The notes beneath the pieces were generated by a model. That model saw only the letters and a program-made list of their open reading frames with translations. It was not told the origin of the DNA and did no database searches. A program made the translations under genes and the position numbers. From Alphaproteobacteria bacterium (GTDB lineage: Bacteria; Pseudomonadota; Alphaproteobacteria; SHVP01), in NCBI GenBank assembly GCA_038121105.1, contig JAYONB010000008.1:15823-79822 (forward strand): 64,000 nt of DNA, given 5' to 3'. Positions within the stretch are counted from its first letter, which is position 1, and every line of letters begins with the position of its first letter. Of this stretch, positions 55,387 through 62,465 are shown piece after piece.

Positions 55387-56617
55387 TGCGGAACTTCCTT
55401 TCGTTGATAACGATTTGCTGTGAACCACTCTTTAGTTCGGACAATGCGGTACTAATGGTTTCTGGGGTCATGCCGGTTGCGCCGGCACGAACAGCGGTCG
55501 CCGAGATTCCGTCGCGGCGTTTGATTGGGATCGGATAAATCCAGCCGCATTCGTCCATGATGGCGCGCACCATCATTCCGCCGACGTCGCTGCCGTGAAT
55601 GCCGTGGATGGGTTTGCCGGGATTGGCCTTTTTGATTTCCGCGATGACGCCGTGGAAGCCCTTGGCGTCGTAAACCTCGGGCATGAACGCGACTTGGACG
55701 CGCTCGCCCAACCCGGCATTCTCAAGTGCGCCTTCAATCAAGAAACGGCGCGTCTCGGGTGCGAAGAATTTCTGGCCGGTCGGGAAGTAGTCGACATAGG
55801 GATCGGCGCGCTCGGTGCGTTCATAGACCTGCATGCCGTTTTCGATTCGGTCGACGACGATATCGCGGCGTTCCAATGCCAGGCGATGGCCCTTCGGCAC
55901 CAAGGTCGGATGAATGATGATGCGCTCGAGGTTGCGCTTCTCTAGCGCCTCGCGAACCAGCTTAAGGTGGGTCAGGTGAAATGGATTGAACGTGCCGAGA
56001 AAAATCCCGATGCCCCGTCGTGGGAAAAACATCCCCCGCAGGTCGGAAAGGACGCCGCCGCCGAACACGAACACCGCGAACGCGATCCCCAGCACGATAA
56101 AGGCGGGTTGGATCACGGGAATGCCGGCCACCGCCGCCGCCGTCACCACGATGTTGAGCGAAAGGGCGACCAATACGTTGCGGTTGACGTCGCCGACATT
56201 GCGGTTGAACAACATGATGGCCACGTACTGCGCCCCCTGGGACGCAGCGGTGGTCAGGGCCGCTGCCCCGACGATTCCGCCAAGCGCACTCAGATTGCTG
56301 TCGCCGAATACACCCCCAAGTTGTATGATAGCGAAGGCGGCCAAGTTGAACGCGAATTGCGCGAGGAATCTGGCCAACCGACCGGCCGTGACTAGCACCA
56401 ATGCATAGTTCACGCGTTGTTCTATGTGGTTGCTAATCCGGGAATAGGAGGGGAGCGCTATGCCGATTAGCGCGGTGACGGCGATCAAGAACGGGTTCGA
56501 CCAGGCCTCGAAGGCGGCCGCGTAGGACACGTACATGAGCGCCCCGATGGTCGCTGCAAGGCGTGTCGACGGGCTCCTGAAATAGGCACGAATCCTTGAT
56601 TTTTGCGGCTTTGGCAC
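55358..56617 (-). CDS. polytopic membrane domain (about 6-7 TM) fused to a NadD/NMNAT-like nucleotidyltransferase domain
   Basis: Residues about 20-190 are hydrophobic helices. Residues about 200-385 carry GTFNPFHLTH (the (T/H)xxH motif of the nucleotidyltransferase superfamily) and DGISATAVRAG (the ISSTxxR-like motif of NadD/NMNAT). GTG start. Confidence 0.7.
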   Translation of the reverse strand: MPKPQKSRIRAYFRSPSTRLAATIGALMYVSYAAAFEAWSNPFLIAVTALIGIALPSYSRISNHIEQRVNYALVLVTAGRLARFLAQFAFNLAAFAIIQLGGVFGDSNLSALGGIVGAAALTTAASQGAQYVAIMLFNRNVGDVNRNVLVALSLNIVVTAAAVAGIPVIQPAFIVLGIAFAVFVFGGGVLSDLRGMFFPRRGIGIFLGTFNPFHLTHLKLVREALEKRNLERIIIHPTLVPKGHRLALERRDIVVDRIENGMQVYERTERADPYVDYFPTGQKFFAPETRRFLIEGALENAGLGERVQVAFMPEVYDAKGFHGVIAEIKKANPGKPIHGIHGSDVGGMMVRAIMDECGWIYPIPIKRRDGISATAVRAGATGMTPETISTALSELKSGSQQIVINERKFRNDNGILVRA

Positions 56618-56729
56618 AGACCCCCCTCAATTCTGTTGCCGTGTGGAAGACGACCGCCTACCCTCAGCGCGTGTGTAAGCGTATCGGTCGTTCTACGTGG
56701 TGCGAATTAACAAAATGCGCACAAAAGAC

Positions 56730-57698
56730 ATGCAAAAAAGCAGATCATCTGGCGAACTAAGAGATTGGCGCGATATCCAGTACTTTCTGGCCGTCGCGCG
56801 GACCGGAAGCTTCTCCGAAGCCGGTCGCGTACTCAAAACCAACCAATCGACGGTTGGTCGCCGAATTGCCGCGTTAGAAAACCGTCTCGGCGCCAAGCTT
56901 TTTGATCGCCACAGCCGGGGGATGCGCCTGACCCCCGCCGGCAAGCTGATTTTTAGCCAGGCCGCCGATATGGAGGCCTCCGCGGCGGGGATCGAACGCC
57001 AGCTCGCCGGCGCGGACAACGAAATGACCGGGCTTGTCCGGATCTCAATTACCGAGGGCCTGGCAACGTTGTGGCTGCCGCCCAAGCTCGTCGAGTTCCA
57101 GCGCGAACACCCGCACATCATGATTGAAACCGTGTGTAAGGACCGCGTCGTCGATCTCGCCATGCGCGAGGCGGATATCGCGGTGCGCTATGCGCGTCCG
57201 TCTGAGCCCAAGCTCGTCGCCAAAAAAGTCGGTGCGATGGATCTCCATCTTTTCGCGACCAAATCCTATGTACGGGTCTTCGGGACGCCCGAGTCGATCG
57301 ACGATCTCTATCGCCACCGGTTGGTCGACCACACCGCCTTGCACATGAATCCGGGCTGGATGCCCTGGACCGATATCGTCCAGCGTCACAATGCGGTGGT
57401 GTATCGTTCGAACTCATCGGCGTCGGTCGTCTCGGCGGTGCGCATGGGCATGGGCATTGGCCTCTTTCCGCTGTACGTGGAGGAGCTCGACTCCGAATTC
57501 GTCCGACTACCCGTCGAGACCCATTGTTCGGCGGAGATTTGGTTGGTATCCCACGAAGAAACCAACAAGGGTGCGCGGATCCGCGCCGTCATCGACCATT
57601 TGTCCGATGTTTTCGATCAGGACCGGGCTAGGTGGTTCTCGCGCAAACCCAAGCCGGTGCGGCGCGGCGCCAACCAGGAAGAGCGGCGGGCGGTCTGA
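56730..57698 (+). CDS. LysR-family transcriptional regulator
   Basis: HTH ...IQYFLAVARTGSFSEAGRVLKTNQSTVGRRIAALE... It is divergent from the 56617 operon. The start could be ATG 56730, 56715 or the track GTG at 56697. Confidence 0.85.
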   Translation: MQKSRSSGELRDWRDIQYFLAVARTGSFSEAGRVLKTNQSTVGRRIAALENRLGAKLFDRHSRGMRLTPAGKLIFSQAADMEASAAGIERQLAGADNEMTGLVRISITEGLATLWLPPKLVEFQREHPHIMIETVCKDRVVDLAMREADIAVRYARPSEPKLVAKKVGAMDLHLFATKSYVRVFGTPESIDDLYRHRLVDHTALHMNPGWMPWTDIVQRHNAVVYRSNSSASVVSAVRMGMGIGLFPLYVEELDSEFVRLPVETHCSAEIWLVSHEETNKGARIRAVIDHLSDVFDQDRARWFSRKPKPVRRGANQEERRAV

Positions 57699-57870
57699 GT
57701 TGGCGGGCGGATTCCTGGCGGCCTCGGCGAAGCCGCGCCCATAGACACCCCTCGGGCGAACCTATAGGTTGCGAGGGCTAAAAAACGGGCAGGCATAAGC
57801 TCGTTGTTGGCGCACAAGTCGGGGATAGGGAGAAGGTCGCGGCCAAAGCAGGTAGCGGCGCAACGGTTCA

Positions 57871-58764
57871 ATGCTCATTGTCCAGCAATTGATTTCCGGT
57901 CTGATGATCGGCGGAATCTACGTGATGGTGGCCGTCGCCTTCACGCTGACGATCGGCATGCTCAACTTCCTCAACTTTACGATCCCAGCGCTTTTCATGT
58001 TGGCCGGTATGACGGCCTGGGGCATGACCACGGTCGGGGTCCATTGGGCGATCGCGCTGCTTGGCGGGGTTGCGATCGCCACCGTAGCCTCACTCATTGT
58101 GGAGCGGTTCACATACCGCTACATGCGGGTGCGCTATGGAGATGCGACCGAACACGCGTTGCCCTTGGTGAGTTCGCTCGGTTTTCTGATCGTCTTCGAA
58201 CATCTCGTACTCATCACGCTCGGATCCGAGATCCAGCGCTTCCCGAATCCGTTTTCCAGCGCCGACTTCCACATCGGCAATCTCATCATCGGGATTCCCC
58301 AACTTGTAAGCCTGGTGCTTGCGCTGCTGATTGTTTGGGGTCTGAGTACGATGCTGAAGCGCAGCCGTGTCGGTCGAGCACTTCGAAGCATTGCCGAAAA
58401 TCCCGACGCATCGACGCTGATGGGCGTCAACGTCAACTACATCGTACCGGTCGTCTTCATCATCACCGGACTGATGGCCGGGATTGCCGGCATGCTCTTC
58501 ACGCTCAACTACGCCGCGGTAAACGCCTACATGGGCGATGAGGTTGCCGCAAAGGCGATCGCTGGCATGGTGATCGGTGGGCTCGGCAATATCTGGGGCG
58601 CGATTGCCGGTGGCCTCATTGTCGGCGTGACCGAGGTTCTTGCGATCCATTTCTTTGGCGCGGACATCGTCAAGATTCCGATCTGGGGCTTGCTCCTGAT
58701 CCTGCTGATCATCCGTCCCTCGGGGCTCTTCGGGCACACCGCCATCGGCAAAGGAAAGTTCTAA
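57871..58764 (+). CDS. livH: branched-chain amino acid ABC transporter permease (LivH-type)
   Basis: MLIVQQLISGLMIGGIYVMVAVAF start; 297 aa; polytopic. Confidence 0.85.
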   Translation: MLIVQQLISGLMIGGIYVMVAVAFTLTIGMLNFLNFTIPALFMLAGMTAWGMTTVGVHWAIALLGGVAIATVASLIVERFTYRYMRVRYGDATEHALPLVSSLGFLIVFEHLVLITLGSEIQRFPNPFSSADFHIGNLIIGIPQLVSLVLALLIVWGLSTMLKRSRVGRALRSIAENPDASTLMGVNVNYIVPVVFIITGLMAGIAGMLFTLNYAAVNAYMGDEVAAKAIAGMVIGGLGNIWGAIAGGLIVGVTEVLAIHFFGADIVKIPIWGLLLILLIIRPSGLFGHTAIGKGKF

Positions 58765-58767
58765 GCC

Positions 58768-59628
58768 ATGAGCGGATATTGGGCCGGTATCATGGCGATC
58801 CTCTGCTTTAACATTGTGGTCGCTTACTCCGTCTTCCTCCCGGCGGCATCGGGGCAGTTGAACCTTGGGGCGGCCGGCTTCGTCGCGATTGGCGCCTATA
58901 CCAGCGGTTACATAAGCACCGATCTCGGCGCGCCGATGTTGGTGGCGATCCTGCTGGGCGCATTGGTGACCGGCTTTGTGGCGTTCGTGATTTCCTTTCC
59001 CATTTTGCGAACCCGCGGCGTCTACATGGTTCTGGCGACCTTCGCTTTTGCGGAGGTCGTTCAAGGCGTTTTCATAAACTTGGAGATCTTTGGCGCGGCC
59101 GCCGGTTATCCGGTCGCCGCCTTCGCGGACCTGGATGTGATCGTGCCTTTGACGATCGGTGTGGTTGTCTTTGTCTTCTTCCTCATGACCACCCGTCTTG
59201 GGCTCTCGATGCGGGCCGTTCACGACGATGAGCCGGTTGCTGCCCTGTTTGGTGTGCATGCGCGGTTTACACAGGTTACCGCGTTCACCCTCGGAGGGGT
59301 CGTGGCGGGGATCGGCGGCGCGATCTGGGCCCACAACTTCAACTACGTCGAGATTCAGAACTTCAATATCCTGCTCAGTATCTTTGTGCTGCTTTACGTC
59401 CTCATCGGGGGGACTCAAACTGCGTTCGGGCCGCTGGTGGGCGCGGTTTTCTTCACGTTGATGCCGGAGGCCCTGCGCGTAAGCGAGGAATGGCGCTTCG
59501 TCTTCTTCGGGATCCTGATCATCTTGATGATGGTGGTCCGCCCTGAGGGCCTGGTAACCAGAACGATGTTGGATCGCATTAAGGGGCTCTTCTTTAGGCG
59601 CAGGCATGCCCCCACTGCGGACGCATAG
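58768..59628 (+). CDS. livM: branched-chain amino acid ABC transporter permease (LivM-type)
   Basis: Polytopic; ...GQLNLGAAGFVAIGAY...; 286 aa. Confidence 0.85.
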   Translation: MSGYWAGIMAILCFNIVVAYSVFLPAASGQLNLGAAGFVAIGAYTSGYISTDLGAPMLVAILLGALVTGFVAFVISFPILRTRGVYMVLATFAFAEVVQGVFINLEIFGAAAGYPVAAFADLDVIVPLTIGVVVFVFFLMTTRLGLSMRAVHDDEPVAALFGVHARFTQVTAFTLGGVVAGIGGAIWAHNFNYVEIQNFNILLSIFVLLYVLIGGTQTAFGPLVGAVFFTLMPEALRVSEEWRFVFFGILIILMMVVRPEGLVTRTMLDRIKGLFFRRRHAPTADA

Positions 59629-59637
59629 GTCGCTATC

Positions 59638-60411
59638 GTGCCTGACTCCATCCTCTCCTTTCAGAACGTCTCTAAGAACTTCAGCGGCCTTCGGGTTATT
59701 GATGAAGTGACTTTCGATGTGGAGAGAGGGAGCCGAACGGCGTTGATTGGGCCGAACGGAGCCGGCAAGACGACGGTTTTCAATCTAATCAGCGGGGTTT
59801 ATCCCATTGATCAGGGCCAGGTGTTGTTGGACGGAGGGGACATCAGCACGTTGCCGGTGCGCGAGCGCATCAACAAGGGAATTTCCCGGAGCTTTCAGAA
59901 CATCCGGCTGATGCCCCACCTGAGTGCCGTCGAGAACGTCATGCTGGGGCAGCACTCGCGTGCAAGGAGCGTCGGCGATCTGCTGTTTCCCCTCGGATGG
60001 CTACCGCGCAATCGATGGGCAAAGCAGGCGGAAGAGGCGTTGGCGCAGGCCGGCTTGGGAACCTATCCTGGCGAGGTCGTTGCCAACCTTCCCTACGGCG
60101 TTCAAAAGCGGATCGAAGTCGTTCGGGCCATGATCTCCGAACCGAAGGTTCTCATGCTCGACGAGCCGGCGGCGGGCTTGAACGAAAAAGAGACCGAGGA
60201 TCTTCGGCTATTGCTAGAGCAGGTCTCTAAGCGCGGCGTGACCTTGTTGGTCGTCGAGCACGACATGCAGTTCGTGCGGCGCCTGTGCGATCAGGTGGTG
60301 GTTCTGAACTTCGGTAAGAAAATCTTCGAAGGCCTCGCCTCGGCGGTTCAGGAGGATCAGGCCGTCAGGGAAGCATATCTCGGCACGGAAGACGTTGGCG
60401 ATGCTGCTTGA
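59638..60411 (+). CDS. livG: ABC transporter ATP-binding protein (LivG-type)
   Basis: Walker A GPNGAGKTT, signature LPYGVQKRIE, Walker B LMLDEPAAG; GTG start. Confidence 0.9.
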   Translation: MPDSILSFQNVSKNFSGLRVIDEVTFDVERGSRTALIGPNGAGKTTVFNLISGVYPIDQGQVLLDGGDISTLPVRERINKGISRSFQNIRLMPHLSAVENVMLGQHSRARSVGDLLFPLGWLPRNRWAKQAEEALAQAGLGTYPGEVVANLPYGVQKRIEVVRAMISEPKVLMLDEPAAGLNEKETEDLRLLLEQVSKRGVTLLVVEHDMQFVRRLCDQVVVLNFGKKIFEGLASAVQEDQAVREAYLGTEDVGDAA

Positions 60412-61108
60412 GGTCGAAGCGCTAAACGTCCGCTATGGACGCAACCATGCGGTCCGCGATGTATCGCTATCGGTCGCTGAGGGCGAGATCGTCACCGTGC
60501 TGGGGGCGAACGGTGCCGGAAAGAGCTCCTTGTTGAAGGCGATTCAAGGCACGGTCTCCTCGAACTCGAAGGTTGCCCGTTTTAGAGGCAACAATCTGCC
60601 CTCATTGTCGCCGCAGAAGCGAGTCAGCTCCGGGTTGGTTCTCGTCCCCGAGGGGCGGCAGATATTCGTCTCCATGAGCGTGCACGAGAACCTCTTGATG
60701 GGAGCCTATGTCCGCCGCGATACGGAAGTCGCGGCGGACATCGAGGGCGTCTACGAGCGCTTCCCGAATTTGGCGCAGCGTCGCGATCTACCTGCCTCGG
60801 TGCTCTCCGGCGGCGAGCAGCAGATGCTGGCCATCAGTCGGGCATTGTTGGCCCGACCAAAATTGATGATGCTCGACGAACCCTCGCTGGGCCTCAGCCC
60901 TATCTTGGTCAATCAGTTGTTCGACCTCATCAATTCGCTAAACCGGGACGGCCTTTCGATCCTCTTGGTGGAGCAGAACACGCACAAGGCGCTGCAGACT
61001 GCGGCTCGGGGCTATGTCCTGGAATTGGGCCGGGTGGTCGTCGAGGGAACCCCCGATCAACTACGCAGCGGAGAGCAACTGGAAGCCGCTTATTTGGGTG
61101 CGGGATAG
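60401..61108 (+). CDS. livF: ABC transporter ATP-binding protein (LivF-type)
   Basis: Walker A GANGAGKSS, signature LSGGEQQML, Walker B MMLDEPSLGL. The ATG at 60401 overlaps the livG end (track TTG at 60395). Confidence 0.9.
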   Translation: MLLEVEALNVRYGRNHAVRDVSLSVAEGEIVTVLGANGAGKSSLLKAIQGTVSSNSKVARFRGNNLPSLSPQKRVSSGLVLVPEGRQIFVSMSVHENLLMGAYVRRDTEVAADIEGVYERFPNLAQRRDLPASVLSGGEQQMLAISRALLARPKLMMLDEPSLGLSPILVNQLFDLINSLNRDGLSILLVEQNTHKALQTAARGYVLELGRVVVEGTPDQLRSGEQLEAAYLGAG

Positions 61109-61188
61109 GCTGCCTTGTTCGGGCCATATCTTCGCGCCAATATTTCAATTAGTCCGGAATGACGGACAAAACAGGGAGGAAGACTGTA

Positions 61189-62388
61189 ATGAAGTTGTTT
61201 ACCGGAGTTGCCGTCGCCACGCTGACGGCGTCGCTCATGGCCGGGCCCGCGCTGGCGGACGGTCATGAGATCGTTCTCGGTCTTAGCATGGCCAAGACTG
61301 GATTCTTGAAGTCGTCGGGAGAAACCACCGAAACGGCCGTCGATATCGCCGTTGCGGAGATCAACGCCGCGGGCGGCATTGACGGCAAGATGATCAAGGT
61401 CGTCAAGTTCGACACAGGCAGCGACGCCAAACAGGCGGTCGTTGGTACGCGCAAGCTGGCCGAGGACGACAATGCGCTGGCGATCATCGGCCCGTTCTCT
61501 TCGGGTGAAGCGCGCGTTGCGTTTCCGGTCGGAGAGCGGCTTGGAATTGTCCAGATTCCGAATGCCGCTTCCACACCGGGTCTCGCAAAAGACAATTCCT
61601 ATGCGTTCCGTGTGACCGAAGACGAAGGCAAGCAGTTCAACCGCATGCTGACAAGCCTCAAGGGCAAGGGAATACCGGCGAGTTCGGCCGCGATCGTCTA
61701 CGAGTCGGATCAGTTCGTCTCGAAGGCCGTGGGTACCTTGATCATGCCGGGTGGTTTCAAAGCGGTTGGTATCGATGTTACCGGCGAGCCGCAGGGTTTC
61801 CCGCAAAAGGCTTTCGACCTGTCGCCGCAGATCGCCAAGATCATGCAAAACCCGCCGGACATCATCGGTGCGGGCGCGATTTTGGACAACGCCGTCAAGG
61901 TTCTGAAAGAGGCCCGTCGCCAGGGTTTTGAGGGCCGTCTGGTCGGGTCGCAACTGTTTGCTGATCCCGAGATCATCAACGTCGTCGGTGACGAGGCGGA
62001 CGGCACGATCTTCGCTGCCGGTTTCTGGTGGGACTTGAACGACGATACCCGAGCGTTCACCAAGAAGTTCAACGACGAGAACAAAAAGCGCGGCATTCAC
62101 TCCGAGTTCCCGCATCACGTTGACGCTCAGGCTTATGAGATCGTCTATCTCTTGGCCCAGGTGATTCGGGAGACTGGTGCGACCGGCGAAGAGGTCAACC
62201 TGAAGAGCGAGCGTACCGCAATCCGCGATCAACTCAGGAAGACCAACTACGTTGGTATGCTGGGGCCGATCTGCTTCGATGCGGACGGTGACGCGGAGCT
62301 TCCTGGCTTCATCATCGAACTCAAGAATGGTGCATGGTCGATGTTCGACCAGCACCCGGCCGACAAATGCGGGAACACCAACTCGTAG
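61189..62388 (+). CDS. periplasmic substrate-binding protein of the LIV-type ABC transporter
   Basis: Signal peptide MKLFTGVAVATLTASLMAGPALA and type-I PBP fold residues (...LGLSMAKTG..., ...IGPFSSGEA...). SD GGGAGGA lies 8 nt before ATG 61189. Confidence 0.85.
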   Translation: MKLFTGVAVATLTASLMAGPALADGHEIVLGLSMAKTGFLKSSGETTETAVDIAVAEINAAGGIDGKMIKVVKFDTGSDAKQAVVGTRKLAEDDNALAIIGPFSSGEARVAFPVGERLGIVQIPNAASTPGLAKDNSYAFRVTEDEGKQFNRMLTSLKGKGIPASSAAIVYESDQFVSKAVGTLIMPGGFKAVGIDVTGEPQGFPQKAFDLSPQIAKIMQNPPDIIGAGAILDNAVKVLKEARRQGFEGRLVGSQLFADPEIINVVGDEADGTIFAAGFWWDLNDDTRAFTKKFNDENKKRGIHSEFPHHVDAQAYEIVYLLAQVIRETGATGEEVNLKSERTAIRDQLRKTNYVGMLGPICFDADGDAELPGFIIELKNGAWSMFDQHPADKCGNTNS

Positions 62389-62409
62389 GCGGTCGCTTCT
62401 TTGATCGTG

Positions 62410-62443
62410 GAAGGGGCGGCCTAGGCCGCCCCTTCTCGTTTGT
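62410..62443 (+). terminator. probable intrinsic terminator after the ABC operon
   Basis: Perfect palindrome GAAGGGGCGGC-CTAG-GCCGCCCCTTC (62410-62435) followed by TCGTTTGT (a weak T-tract). Confidence 0.45.
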
Positions 62444-62465
62444 ACGGCGGTGCGCTTTGTTGCCT

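Noticed and set aside
56700-56722. Inverted repeat GTGCG-N13-CGCAC in the LysR/operon divergent region, considered as a LysR T-N11-A operator.
   Set aside because: It lies inside the longest possible LysR ORF (start 56697) and only becomes intergenic if the LysR start is ATG 56730. The arms are just 5 bp. I mention it under the operon finding but do not call it a feature.
46737-57698. A possible genomic island integrated at tRNA-Leu. Gene content shifts from housekeeping to accessory-looking genes (FAD oxidoreductase, 2-oxoacid:ferredoxin oxidoreductase, ECF module, odd NadD-like operon) right after the tRNA.
   Set aside because: There is no integrase, transposase or phage gene. I could spot no obvious direct repeat of the tRNA 3' end downstream, and there is no visible compositional break. 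This cannot be excluded without a proper repeat search and comparative genomics, but the sequence alone does not support it.
58090-59607. Long antisense ORFs: 505 aa opposite livH/livM (His/Asp/Glu/Arg-rich), 481 aa opposite gabD (23126-24571), 421 aa opposite the binding-protein gene (61090-62355), 342 aa opposite the VWA gene (11790-12818), 353 aa at 42911-43972, about 290-320 aa opposite dinB and the oxidoreductase (15476-16363, 48530-49489, 50084-50923, 51005-51868), and others.
   Set aside because: Each lies entirely within a strongly recognisable gene on the other strand. Each has a low-complexity, Arg/His/Pro-rich composition typical of shadow ORFs in 60% GC DNA, and none has recognisable motifs.
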